64,000 nucleotides of DNA from NCBI GenBank assembly GCA_015680685.1, contig MNCI01002098.1:847486-911485 (forward strand). Reading direction: 5' to 3'. Below, one piece after another: positions 26,471-40,587 of this stretch; position 1 is the first letter of the stretch, and the number at the start of each line of letters is the position of its first letter. The stretch is from Gnetum montanum (lineage: Eukaryota > Plantae > Gnetophyta). The notes below the pieces were generated by a model. It saw only the letters and a program-made list of their open reading frames with translations. It did not search any database and had not been told where the DNA came from. The position numbers and the translations under genes are program-made.

Positions 26471-29400
26471 TGATGAGTAGTGAGGTACCCCTATGTCCAA
26501 CCATATGAATCACAAGTGTTCACACACAATCCAATTGAATTTTGGGGATGGGACTAGTTTTGGCATCTAGATCATTATGCTTTGATTGTATTTCACTGTC
26601 TTCCCACTTGGACTAGTGGTAACTTTGTCATGTATGGTAGTCTAAAGTTAGGCATATGATGTTGGCTAATTGTATGCTACTCCTAATGATGATAAAAAAT
26701 AAATAAATAAAGCTATTGAATAATCAAAAATAGAATCTAACTATCCTACATGTGATGGGTGTCTACTCTTAATTGTCTATGTACGGCTTGGACTTCATGA
26801 GACTACTTTTGGGATTGCCAAGTATATGTCACTGGGTGTGCTAAATGATACACTATTGGATTGCCAAGTTCTTACACTTAAACACTCATGATTAACGCAT
26901 ATGCATTTCGCTTAATGACAAGAATAGTAAATAGCAATAAATGGAAATGTTAACTAAAGGAAATAGTAAATAATTAAAGAATTAAATAAATAATTAAAGC
27001 AATAATAAATCTAAGTGAATGTGACAATGATGGAAGTAATCTTGATCTTTATTGCCAATTATGTAATGTGTCCAAGTACATCACACTTGAACAAATGTAT
27101 CATATGATTACAAACATCACACTATGGGCATGCACTAGGAATAATAGGACTCTAAGAAAGACTATTAAAAACTAAAAACTGAAACTATCTTCTCTATATT
27201 ATGTTCTTTTCCAACCATACATCCAAGTGCTATATTTATAGGCTAGCATGAAGGAGACGATATCAAATACTCAACATCACTTCTTAGGGTTCAATATTAG
27301 GTATTCGATATTAAGGATCTGATATCAAAGCTGATAGAAACATGAATCATCATACCCCCATTACTAAATAGAAATTCATGCTTGACTTAAAAAAATTATG
27401 AACAAGTACTTTACAAAATATTAGGAAGGTATGGAATTATTAATTAACTTAAACAACAAAAAAAATTGACTCTTACATGATGCAATGGTATAGTACAAAA
27501 ATAGAACATAATATTACAAGACCAAAACTAGGAAGTTCATGTAGTGCTCAAAGTCAATGGCTCCTCCATTGGTTGCTTTCCTTTGTTGCTAGGATTATGA
27601 AATTTGTAGCAATCAAGTAATGCCTATAACTTTTCTTCCTTCATCCATGGGTTGTGTATCATCCAGGCTATGGAACCGATGTGTGCTAGGTTAGTATGTC
27701 CCAAGGACATGACAACTATGAAAACATTTGATTGACCTTCACGTACTAGGACACAAACTATCATCATTCCTCCTCAAAGGCCCTAGCTATTTCTCTCAAT
27801 TTGTGATAATTTGTCAATCTCCTAGCTAGGTTTGAGGAAACATCCCTTTGTCCATGGTAGCGAGCATTGATCACCTCTAATTATGAGTTTGCCACATGGA
27901 GCTTCTGCAAAGCATCTTTCCAATATGTAACCTGCTTCTCTAGCTTGTTCTAAGGTTGACCTTCTATTAACATGGCAAGGTTGGCATATTTGAGGTTAGC
28001 CAACACTATGTATTCTTTCAAATATTTGATCTGTAGGTATTTATTCTTTACTTCTACCTATTGGTCTTGTGCATAAATATCTAGAATTAGCTGCCACTTA
28101 GGATTTTGTGCTGAAAATGATCTAATGTGAGTTTTAGCCATCTATTATTCCTTCTCATTTATTTTCTTATACATGTCTGGTCGTGGAAGTGTTTCTTTAT
28201 TTTTTTCTACTTCTTGATCTCATTCTTCCATGCACTGATTTCTATTATAGATTTTTTTCAAATAGCATAGACCTCCTCCATTGAGAGGGTTCTATTTTCT
28301 TTGGCCAATTTATTAATGTCCTAGTTAACCCTCACCAATTTTTCTCTTAGCTTGTGGACACTCTTTTCAAGAATGTTCTTTTGCTTTTCAATTATGGTCA
28401 ACCTTGAATTTTTAGAGGCAGGCTACATGTTTTCCACTTGCATGATGGTTAATGTCTTTTTATAAGCATGAGATTGTGCATTAGTAGTTGAGGCATTCCA
28501 AACTACCTTTTCTTTTTCTTACTCTGCAACTATGCTCTCCTCAGTCATCTTGGCCAACAACTCCATCCTAAATTGTTCTAAATATTTAGGTGCAACAAAC
28601 TAGGTAGGATCCCATCGTTAAGCTCTCAAGGTGGCCAACTCTTGTTGTAACCTTTGCACTTTTGCTTTTGCGTGCTCCCCCTTAACTTTAGCCATAATCA
28701 ACTTTCTTTTGGTAAGTATGAGATCTGACTATATTGTAGTGACATCACTAGGGATGTCAAATATGATGGTCATCACTTACCTATGTGCAACAAATGATTA
28801 AGGACATCCTCATGTACCAAAGGATTCATTGAAGTCCTAGCTGACATATGTGCATCTATGGTTCTAATAAGATCTACTAGGGGCATAATAGGTAGATTGA
28901 ATGATTCTTTTATGTGATCTGTAATCACTTCTCTTGCACTTTCCGCATCCTAAAGCTACATTACCATAACTGTGAAATCTTCTTTAGTTTTAAGCATCAT
29001 TTGGAAGAATGCAGAATTTCTAGAGATTTTCTTAGACCACTAGGATCCTCCTCCTAATTGCAATGAGATCTCTCCCCTTGTTGGATTGGTTGAAATAGTG
29101 GAATGTACAACATCATTGATTACTTTAAAGAGATTAGACTCACCTTTGCTTTCCCAACTGATAGACTTAGCTATGTTTTTCAAATAACTCATTGAGGGCC
29201 TATAGTCTTGTAGTGGTGGTAGTGATGGAGCTTGTGTTTCTAGGCACTGTTTAGGCTCACATTGTACTTCTGCTTCTGGTTCTACTTCTTTCTCTAGTTC
29301 CTACTCTTCACCAAGATCTTTTCTTAGTGTTGCAATTTTGAGGAGCTCTATGAAAGAGGCATTTTGAGCCTTCCTAAGGATATCATTTGTATACCCTAGG

Positions 29401-32400
29401 ATTCCATTGCATAAATTTTTGATTAGGAAAGGGAATGGGAGTGTTGATTTTCTTTCCTTTTCTTCTCAAACCACCTCTGAATTTCAATGAAGTATAATTG
29501 AGGAAGATTGGCCACATATTTTTCCATTAAAATAGAACTTCCCCTAGCTAAAAATGTTGAAATTCTATTAAGCCCCTTGTTTGGAAAGAGATGGTATGTA
29601 CTAATCTTAAAATATGTCCTCTCCTCTAAACTTAGTTCATTATATGTCTTGTATTATTTGTTGTATGCCTATCTCAGCCACAGCTTCTATGTATTAGGAT
29701 CAAACCTAGTGGAAAGATGGACTACTTTAGCCCCTTTGTTTGGAAAATTAAGAGTTGATGTAATTTCCTTGACTAAGAAAGAGACATTAACTCCATAGAT
29801 TTTTATATTGGTTCCTTCATCTTTGTTGTGCCAAAATTGATGGATCTCACCAAGGTACCATTTTCCACTAAATGAAAGAATGGGCCACAAGGGTAATGCT
29901 TGAAGTTGTTTTTGAAATGCTTTTGGGGAAAACTCCATAAATGGGCCAAAATTCATCTCCATGATAACCATGGTTAACATGGACTTTTCTTGGATGGCCT
30001 CAAGGAATTCAAGAGGTAATGTGACATGTTGTTCCTACATGGGAGCTAGTGGTTCTGTAACCTCTCCTTGGACTAACTATCCTATAATAGGAGCCTCTTA
30101 ATGAATGTTGAATGATTGGGCTTCTTTCTCTTCATGCTTTGTGCATTTGCCTTATTGGCCTTGACCACCTCATGGGTGCTTGGCTGCTCTCTACGAAGGT
30201 TCTCCTTGTGCTCCTCTTTCTAGGATCATCTGCAATCAAGCAAAGATCATGTGTTATTAAGGTGTTGATGGTTACCATTAATAGATGTATACCATACTTC
30301 TAACCTTAATTCATTAAGTTATTAGTTCATATGATTGTAGAGTTAGAAAATGTTCCAAGAAAATCCCCAAAGAGTGTTTATCCTCTTTTACAACCCTCGC
30401 AATTAGTTCCTTTTTCCTTATGTGTGGCTTATTATAATAGTTATGGTCCCTTGGGTGGAAAAATTAAGGTTTTTGGAAATACCACAATTGATTGTTTAGT
30501 ATAATACTTATGGTTTTTAACATTGTTACCCTTATAATACCCTCTAGCATTAGCGCATTATTAAAAATTGGAACATGTTTTCTACACAAGTAGCCCCCAT
30601 TGACTAACTTAAACACTTCGAGTTCAGATAGCTTCAAATGGCATGGAAATCAAAGTAGTAGAGAGCCAGAGATTGGAAGTGTAAAGTGGGTGAACAAAGC
30701 TTGGATTCACAAGAGAAAATTTGAACTCCCCGAGCTACAAATTATGAGAATGAATTTTTGGCATTGTAGGGGTCATATATATAGGATTTGTATGACTTGA
30801 TATCAGGTATCTGATGTCGTGTCCCACCCAATAATGGGTACTTGATATTGGGGTCCATGAAGAAGCTATAAATGGAGCAATTGAGCATGGAAAAGGAAGC
30901 TCTGTGATTGGTTAGAAGGTTTGGTGCTAGGTCCATAGCTTTGGGGTAAGTGGAAAATTAGTTTGAGGCACTGAAAGTGTGAGAAGGTGGAGTCATTAAC
31001 GTGAAAAGCTTTGGAAGAAGCAAGAAAAAGGGCATTGAAATCAAGGNCTCATTGACGTGAAAAGCTTTGGAAGAAGCAAGAAAAAGGGCATTGAAATCAA
31101 GGTTGTGGATGGATCAAGTTACATGAGAAGGGAAATAAAAAAATGTAACAATTAAGTGCTTGGAAGGTGAAGAATGATGTGGTTTTGTCAAACAAGCACA
31201 AGTCACAAAATTTATACAAGTGTATCCTCCCCAAAGTAGGCTCTAGCCTATGATGTACTTGATTAACCATACCTAAAAATGTCCATAGGTACTAAAGAGG
31301 TTGAATGCAACATGTACCTATGCAACAAAACACACATGTTAAAACCACCAATTTGAGATAATAACTCTATGTTACACAAAATCACAAGTTAGGATCAAAC
31401 AGACAACAAGATAAGATGGGCTGTAGAAAGGATTGTAGAAATTGGGATATGAGGGGTATTACCATAGGCACAATGAATCCTTGTGTGTTATTAATGGTTA
31501 AATAATCATGAGTCCTTCTTTCCAAGATTCAAACCAAGTCTAGACCATATTTTAGTGACATTGCATCATTTCATCACATTAGTGGACAACCATAAGACTA
31601 TCATAGTTTCAAGGAGCAACATCACTTGGCATTTTGTCTAAGGGAGGAGCTTATTTATGGCACACATGTTTTCTCTATGGATGTTCTAAGAAGTCACCAA
31701 CCTTCAAGCATGGGTACATGTCTTTCTAGTAGGACTCACAAAATTTATTCAGTGCCTTTTTATGGTACTCTTACTTCCATTTTTCATTAGATCTACAAGG
31801 ATATAATTACAACCTCAGAAACATGATAGAACATACAGAAGTGGCCAAAGAGAATTCACAAATTTCCTTGATGTCACAGCCCTTACATTCTACCTTGGTT
31901 CTACACTCTTCTACCCAGAAATGATTACCAATTTATGTTTAGGTTGGATGATGAAAAAGAATATCAGTATGACTAGGGTAAGAACCTATTATTAATGGAA
32001 TGAGTTTATGGATGGCATTGTCTCAATGTCCAAATAATCTATCCCTTATGACTTAACATAAAGAAAACCCCACCTCAAGGGATAACATGATCATTTTATT
32101 CACAAGTAATATTATAAGAAGAAAGAAAATGAAAATAATAAATAGAAAAATCTAGAAAGAATAGGACAAATTGTATCAAGAAATAAGAAAATGACCAAAA
32201 AATTGTGAAAAAAAAAGATGAAAAACACTTAATAATCCTGAAGATTAGAATGGGGGGTAACTCCCACAACTAAACATTTTGCTATGAAAAGAATTAATAA
32301 GTGGATAGATAGGATCCATGCATGTATAAAATATTGGAAACTATTCATGCCCAAACCATTGGGTGTCTATTGATTTCTTAGTGGCTAGGTAGATAAATCT

Positions 32401-34190
32401 TTGGTCACACACTTGATTGTTAAATGTTTGGTGGGTCGAGGTATGAGGTGTGTTATCATTATAGATTTTTGGCCCACAATTTCACCCTCAATCATGATAT
32501 GACATGCATGGATTTTTTGGTCTTCCCATGCTTGTAGATTCATTTCTTGAGTTTGGAATTGGAGTAATGATGGATGGTGGCCCTTGTGTAGGATCAGAGG
32601 ATGGTGATGGTGAAAAGGAAGGCATTGCACCAAATTGGCACTGTGCTAGTTGGGATGATGGTGTTTTGCTTTGGCTTACATCCTTTCCTCCATAAGGGAC
32701 ATTTCTGACGTTGTAGTTGAGACCCACCAGCATCAACATATTTATGCACATTTGCAGCACAAGTGGCATTCATTTTTTGATATTGTAGTGTGAAACATTC
32801 CTATGTCCTAGGTGGTAGCATGTGATAAGGTGGAGGGTAAGAATATTGAGGGTATTATGGATGGTAAGAGGCATGAGGTGGTGATCCATTTGAATATGTC
32901 ATGGGTTGATGGTACTCGGGAGAGTGATAGTGACGATTTGAAGTAGAGGAGGTAGAAATAGTTGGAGAAATATGATGTTGAACATAATATTCATATTATT
33001 TTAGTTGGCAGGAAGGATAAGGCTGATTTGGTGGTGGTCTTCCCCATGACTATGTTTTTTTCCATTATGGTTGATGATATTGTTGAGGCTAATAGTGATG
33101 AGTCCCCCTAGGATGGATGGTTGGTTGTGGGGATGTTTATAATTACCTTGTGGAAGAGGAAATATCTCAAGCATGTGCTTCTATACAAACTTCAGATTTA
33201 ATGTACCTATCCAATGCTCATGTAGATGCAACAAGACTAGACAATGGCCCTTTTGATGGTCATATATGTAGATGTCACATCCATTATCTTCTTCTATGGC
33301 TAAGTCTATAGCCTCACTTTCATCAACCATTTTTCTTATTTGCCAAAAAGTGTTCCTAGCTATTTCTTGGTTCCATATCCTATGTTTATTATGATCACCT
33401 GGTTTGTTTTGCATGATCCTCTTCTCCACCATCTCAACAAGAGTTGTAACATTTTCATATATCCATTTTGACATCCTCTTAAACTTTGCTTCAAGTTCTT
33501 CAAGAGACTTCTATATCAACAAGGTTCGTTGTAGGATCACCTTATTGAGAGAAATTTCCTTCTCCTTACCATAGATATGGACCTGCTTCTATTGTAGAGT
33601 TGGGTCCCAATGATGTTTCCTGACATTCTTCCATTTTCATATCTCTCCTTCTCCTTTTGCCACAAACTCGATTAGATCTTGAGTCTGATGGGCTTGTAGC
33701 TCATATAGTTATCCTAGGGAATACATCCCAAGGGTATCCCTTGTTTCATTATGAAGCCCATCTATGATGTGGAAAAGTTGCCCTTCCTTAGAGAAACCAT
33801 CGCTTAGGCATCTATTCAATAGGGAATAATATCTATCTAAGGCCATGTCCAAGGGTTCATGTTGTTCTTATATCCATTCTTGGATTTGTCTCCTTAGGTT
33901 GAACATCCTCACATAGGTTTGGTATTTCTCGTTGAAGAGTTCCAACATTGTTGACCATCATTGGATTGAATTTGGTTTTAATGATCTATACCACACTTCG
34001 GCTCTATCAATTAGTGTCCTAGGAAAGAGCTTAAGTTGTTGCCACTTACTTTAAACATTGTAGAAAGCACAGGCATCATGGAAGGCTTGTAGATGATGTT
34101 GCAAATCTAAATCATAGCCTCCTACCAATTTTGGAATATTATTCATGTCAAGGTTGGGTAGGTGACTCTCTTTGCGATGCCTGCAAGATA
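26471..34190 (-). mobile_element. Element C: non-autonomous Athila-like element (gag plus long accessory ORF, no pol); 5' end lost at an assembly join
   Basis: 3' LTR 26471-27352 (tgatgagt...tcatca), PPT 27353-27374, accessory ORF 27537-30229, non-coding blocks homologous to B, Pro/His-rich tract ~32300-33300, gag ~33300-34190. Confidence 0.85.
27537..30229 (-). pseudogene. Full-length accessory ORF of element C (~900 codons, decayed)
   Basis: ATG follows CTTGATTGCAG. Contains EMNFGPFMEF...LPLWPILSFSGKWYLGEIHQFWHNK...IYGVNVSFLVKEITSTLNFPNKG, then a long E/K/Q/L-rich region, and ends PMEEPLTLSTT*. Confidence 0.75.
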
Positions 34191-34581
34191 TNCATCACAA
34201 TCAACCAAATAGAAATTATCATCACAATCGGTATGATGATGATGAGCCCTTTTTGGCCATTCGGAGCCTAATGCAGATCATAGAGGTGGTTAATATATCT
34301 TGCAGGCATCGCAAAGAGAGTCACCTACCCAACCTTGACATGAATAATATTCCAAAATTGGTAGGAGGCTATGATTTAGATTTGCAACATCATCTACAAG
34401 CCTTCCATGATGCCTGTGCTTTCTACAATGTTTAAAGTAAGTGGCAACAACTTAAGCTCTTTCCTAGGACACTAATTGATAGAGCCGAAGTGTGGTATAG
34501 ATCATTAAAACCAAATTCAATCCAATGATGGTCAACAATGTTGGAACTCTTCAACGAGAAATACCAAACCTATGTGAGGAN

Positions 34582-35050
34582 CGTTTCAAAGATGTTACCT
34601 TCAACTAAAATGGTGATACAAGATGTCATATGGAACAGTGATCTATTAGTGATGGGGCTTGAAAAGTATGATGTGATTTTTAGGATGGACTAGTTGGTTA
34701 AGTATGATGGATGTTTTGATTGTAAGAACAAAAATATCATACTTATTTTCGTAAGTAGAAAATAAGTTACCATCCAAAAAAGTAAGAGATAAATTAAGCT
34801 TGGCATGGTGACAACTACAAATTTTCAACAGTTGCTTAAGCATGGTAATTGTTGTTTTATGATTTCAATGCACAAAGAGACTAACCAGGAGATAAATGAG
34901 ATTTTGATAATTCAAGAGTTCCTAGATGTATTTAATAAATACCTACTTGGATTCTCTCCTCATAGAGAGATTGAGTTTGAGATTACACTCAAGCCTCTAA
35001 CACAACCAATTTCCAAGGAACCATATTGGATGTCTCCAATGGAGTTAGTA
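34582..35050 (+). mobile_element. Chromovirus (Tekay-like) protease-RT linker fragment
   Basis: YDVILGM-like motif and IQEFLDVFNKYLLGFSPHREIEFEITLKPLTQPISKEPYWMSPMEL. Confidence 0.8.
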
Positions 35051-36083
35051 TCAAAGCTAGGTTTTGATCTTCGGATCTATGGTTTAAAATATTTTTCTAA
35101 CATCACTTGATACCCAACATAGCTAAGGTGAATTCCTCTACTATGTTTGAAATCTCTCTCTCTATACTAGAGTCCACACTATTCCTTTCTTTATTTAGTG
35201 TTGCTAATTCCTATGATTGCATATTTGTAAACTTTAGCATACCTTCAACCTCTTCTTAGAATTTGGAAAAAGCTTTTGTATATTTCTCATTTTCTTAATA
35301 TGCATCAATTAAATATTTATTTAATGCCTCATTTTATTCCAAAGCATCATAAAAAACTATTTTATTATTCCTCAACGTTGCCCTATAGGCTTCTACTCTA
35401 AACTAATGTCCCACCATGGCATAATTCATAAACAATTAAGTCATACAAGAAATCATTACTTACTATGATTGAGTTGATCATAAAACATCTACCGAGGTCT
35501 TTTCTAATAATGTCTCTAATTACTAATGGAATATCATTTGTATTCAAATTTTAAAAATATTTTCATACAACTTTATTATACAATGTTTCCTCCATGGGGC
35601 TCTTTTCAACTAATGCATTAAAGAAGTTATTTTTGATTCTTGATGAATAATCTTATTTTGGAAGCTATGATGCTACATCACTACACATCTTATGGATGAA
35701 GTTAGATTGCCACATTCTAATTTACTCCACCCCTCAAATTAGACATCAATAGGCTATTTTATTTATGGTATCTTAGTGGTAGTTTTCTCTAGTTTTGAAA
35801 AGACTTCAATGAATAACCATGAAACAAACTCTTTATTCTTAATTTTTGTCAATATGGTGACATCTAAAATGCTAGAATTATTATATACTTTGACAAATTT
35901 TGGTAAGAGGTAGCCATAGGAAAAATGAGGAATAGATGTGGTATAATATGATAGTACTTATTCCTCATTTTCTTATTTATAATAAATATCTAATTCACAT
36001 GGCTTGCCTCCTTCATTGTAGTGTGGAGCAAACATAAAAGAGGCTAAGAGATTGCATTTTTTCCATACTTCATACCTATCTAG

Positions 36084-36407
36084 TGATGAGTGACAAAGTA
36101 ACCCTATACCCCACCATATAAATTACAAGTGTTTATGCATGATCTAGTGAAATTCCATGGACTTAGGACTAGATGGATGCTTTAAAGAACTAAGTAATAG
36201 AATGTTGATAATTGTCTTTCTAATCTTACTTTTGTTAGTTTACTTTGTATAGTTGTGTGATTGAGGCACATGATGGTTATTTATTATTATAATAATATTT
36301 AAAAGATTATAATATTAAACTAATTAATCTACATATGAAGAAATAATCTGAACTAGCATAAGCATAGAGCATCCATTTCCAACTTTCTGTATACATCCTG
36401 AACATGT
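36084..36407 (-). mobile_element. Truncated Athila-like LTR fragment
   Basis: Starts tgatgagtgacaaagtaaccctatacc and parallels the first third of the LTRs at 5641 and 19276. Confidence 0.75.
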
Positions 36408-36879
36408 TTTCTCCTTATCAAAAATTTCCTTTTAATTATTTCAATAAGCTTCACTGCATATTTTTAATTCTTTCTATTACCTTTTGGTAGCACATATTTC
36501 ATCCCTCAACCACAAGCTACTATACTACTCTTTCTAGTCTATTTCACTTCCTATATTTTTTGCTTCGTTGTCATTCAATCTTCCCCAACCTCCTATTATG
36601 AATTTCTTTTCCATATGCCCAGCTAATCCAATATCGTTTGGTATATGTTCTCTTACAAATTTTGGATCTATTCCCTATATGTGGCCTCCCTTAACATCCT
36701 CACTTGATACCATGACTCAACCTACTATTAACTCTCCTAGAACAAATTCATAGTTGTTCACACTATTGAATAATATAATGCTCTATCTTCAAAACATCAA
36801 AGATAAAGCATATAAGGAAACTTTCTTATTTCCTTGGATAAGGTCTTAAGTGATCCCATAAGGTCTACAATATTTTTTC

Positions 36880-39300
36880 CAGTCTTGACTAAGGAAATTT
36901 CACTTCCAACTTTCATAAAGTACAATGATGAAATAGTGGATCTCATGAATCATGTGGTCACATTCAAAAAAAGTGCATGCTTCTAGTCCCTTATCCTCAC
37001 ATTTTGCTAAGATGCTTCTCAAACTTCTTTTCTAAAATAGCTCTAGAATGGTATAGATCCTTAGCACATAGATCTATTACCTATCTAGAGCAACTACTTG
37101 TAGCCTTCATTGAATGCTTAAAGTTCAAAATACCTCAAATAATAAGTATGATAACTTTTTTGCCATTAAACAAGCTCTAAAGGAGCTTACTAATAAATTC
37201 ATTTCTCAATGGGTAACAACATTAACTAAACTACCATATTATTTGGGGAATGTCATCTACATGACATCTTTGAACCTATAATGATTAATTACATTTAGAA
37301 GAGGATGACTTATCCTAAGCTTTATTCTTTGAATGATGCTTTCCTAGTTGCAAGATGCATTGAAGAAGTTGATATTCAACACAATAACCAAGAATTTCTA
37401 TCATCTTGTAATAAGGCTAATAAGGATACAAAAAAAGAGAAGGGACATCTAATATCTTAAGGTATTTCTTATTTCTCCAAGAAACAAAACAAGACTCTCT
37501 TAGCTACTTCATCTTCCTTCTAGTCAGCAAGAGAGATCTTAGAATAGTAGAGATTAATACACCAAGATACTTATGAGGTACTCTCTACTTATAAACAATA
37601 TTTTTAAGGATGGCCATCTTAAGAAGAAATAGGCCTTTGATCAAGTGAGAGCATGTTACCATCACATATAATGTATAACTATGGATCCTTCTTAAAGATA
37701 AGAAGCTAATCCTAAGATTCCTAAATGGTATGAGCATCAAAAATACTAATAGTCTCATGATATTGCTAGACTTGATATAGATAACTACAAAAATCTAAAA
37801 GATAACATCTGTGATCCTATAGATAAAAGAAAGATAATGGTGGAGAGAAATCTATGTACTATGTATCCAAATAACCAAAATCTTGAGGTATTTTAGAATC
37901 CATTAGGAGCTAGAGGCACCATTTTAGCTTTCAAGCCTAAATATAAGCCTCATATATCCCCACCCAAGAAGCCTTATGTCGTCTACTAGTCTGACTAAAA
38001 ATAGTCCCAATAGTCATCATCACAACCTTAAAAGCCTTATGTTATCCATCAGTGTAACTATGTTGCTACATTAAAACATTGTTCTCCACCTTTCTATTAT
38101 ATTCATGCTACTAAATCCTATCATTTCTCTTCTACTTTCCAACCTATGCTTCCTTCTCATTCACATCTGATTTCTTATCATACAAAATCTTGAGTTGTCC
38201 CTTCACCTACTACATCTTAGAAATCTATCCACCATTTTCCATCACCTCAAATATGAATCCTTACCCGTGACTAGTACACTAATGAGTCACAATCAACTAA
38301 ATAGAAGGAGAAGGCTACTAACACAGAAAAGGTGTATTTCTAGTAGTAACATGAGATTTCTTTCTCAAGTAGCCTTCTATCTTCATTCAATCTTATACAA
38401 CTAGTAACGATAGCAGTTACTTCATAAGCATCTTAGACTATAGAAAATAAGGTCTTGCAATAGATAACCATGATTGTCCATTTTAAAGGTATCAACTTGT
38501 CTTGTTATGACCTCATGGAAACATCTAAAGAGCATCATGCTAAACTCTATGATGTTATTAAGAGGATCATGATTCCAAGTGACATTTCAACTTGAAAAGA
38601 AGCTATATATTCTTTTCTCTAAGTTTCACATTATGGATTAGATAACCTAAACTTTTGTGGTGAGAACATTAAGAATAAATTAAAGACATGATATATTTGT
38701 TAATTGCTACTTTAAATCATCATTAGCATATCACGTGAAGTTTCAATTCCACTTATACATGTTAATGATCTAGATCTAACATGATCACATGGGTTGTTAT
38801 CAAGCATGTTAGTCTTCATGATTAGGTAACTTTCAATGAAACCTATTCTAATCTCATCTCTTTGAATGACACACCAATAGTCATATGTTCCATTAGATTA
38901 CCATTTATGGTAGGTGATTCTATTTAGTTTGAAACATTTTTCATGGTCATATATGAGTGTCTAGGTGTTAATAAAATACTAGGATACCCTTGGCTAGCTC
39001 AACATTGAGCTATGTCTTCTCCAATACGTCAAGAGATACATATTTTTGTTCATAACCTTGAGATAGTCATCTCAGTAGACAAATAGATTCCAAGTGTTTA
39101 TCACTTAGATTGAGAAGTCCAATCTTATTAGCTTAGTGGAAAACTAGCTGATATTAAACTTGAACCTATTAGCAACCCTATAGTCCCTTTTTCTTCTAAG
39201 AATTCACCTATCAGTATAGATCTAATGGACTTAAGCGATGAGTTTATCTCTAACATCGAGTTTGTTGATTTAGGCTTTGGAGAACTTGATATATCCTTGT
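36880..39300 (+). mobile_element. Highly decayed Tat/Ogre-like gag-protease remnant
   Basis: LLRCFSNFFSKIALEWYRSLAHRSITYLEQLLVAFI (gag), decayed knuckle region IPKWYEHQKY...LKDNICDPIDK, and KILGYPWLAQH*AMSSPIRQ (protease C-terminus pattern). Confidence 0.6.
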
Positions 39301-40587
39301 CTAAAAAGAAGAAAAACATTATATATAAAATGGATTTTTGTGTCTTGATTTTTCCATGCTTACAATTTCTATTTTTTGAACTAGATTAATACTTTGATAT
39401 GATTATACTTCATTTTTTAAAAAAATTAACTTTCCAATATAGATTATTAAAATCTCAAGAATAAAATTACTAGAGTTTAAAATATTTTTTTCATATTAAA
39501 AAATTTTGAAACTTAATTAACTCTTAATAAATCTCTTATTTATAAAAGAAAACCAACCTTTCTTTGACTAAGAGAGATTATGTATATAAATCATCCACAA
39601 ACAAAAATAATGCATGAGTTATGCAATAAAAATACTTAAAGGTGAATTAAAATAATTAAACTTTAGAATTAGTAACACCTTTAATAGAGCATATGTTCTC
39701 AACATAGTATTCTCCTATTCCATATGAGTCCTAGTGTATTTTTTGAATTCCATATTACTTTTCCTCATAGAATCCTATTTTCTACATATCAATTTACTAT
39801 GTTTTTTGCATTGCATCATATTTTCTTCACTTTACTTTGTGATTTTTAATGGTTTATTTTCTGACATTAAAATAATAACATCAAGGTTTTAAAGCATAAA
39901 AAATTATAAATGAATAGATAATAATTAAGGCTTTGGTCTTTCTCCTGAAACGAAATTTGTACTTCTTTCAATAATTTGTAAGTATTTTTTAAATTAGTAC
40001 AAGAAGAATTATACTAGAATCATTATTCTTACAAAATTGGTCACTATGTAATGTTTAAGGCTTTTTGTATTTGTTATTAAATAAATTTGTATTCTTTTCA
40101 ATAATTCATCAATATCACTTGAATTATGGCAACATAAATCACATAAAAATTTTATTCTTCATGTAAAATTGGTATTAGTTTGATTTCTTGTAGATTTAAG
40201 CTATGTATTAAGTAAATAGTAAAGATACTATTATTTAAAATGATGGTAAGTTGCTTGTTTCTTAAGTTAGAAGATGTGGGGTTTAAGCCTAGGCCTAGTT
40301 GAAGAGGTTAGGCTTTTGGTTCAACTACCAATCATAAGGGGTATGGTTTTCTCTCATCCAACCATCCTCCTAAGAGGGATAGGGTTTTTTCTCATCCATT
40401 AAGGAGACTACATCACAAGCTCTTCTATGTTCTCACTCATTCATTGAAGATCCTTCCATAAATCTACTTGATAAGATTAGCATTGAAGCTCTTGGTAATG
40501 ATCTTATTTTATTTACCCTCGACCTAAATCCTAACATTATAACATTACATATAGTTTTAATATTTTAGAGATCACAACTACCCTAAT

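Noticed and set aside
33906-34581. Perfect ~285-bp inverted repeat of gag, a possible hairpin RNA locus
   Set aside because: The inverted copy is bounded by n at 34191 and 34581 and is identical despite the element's age, so it is most likely a mis-oriented small contig.
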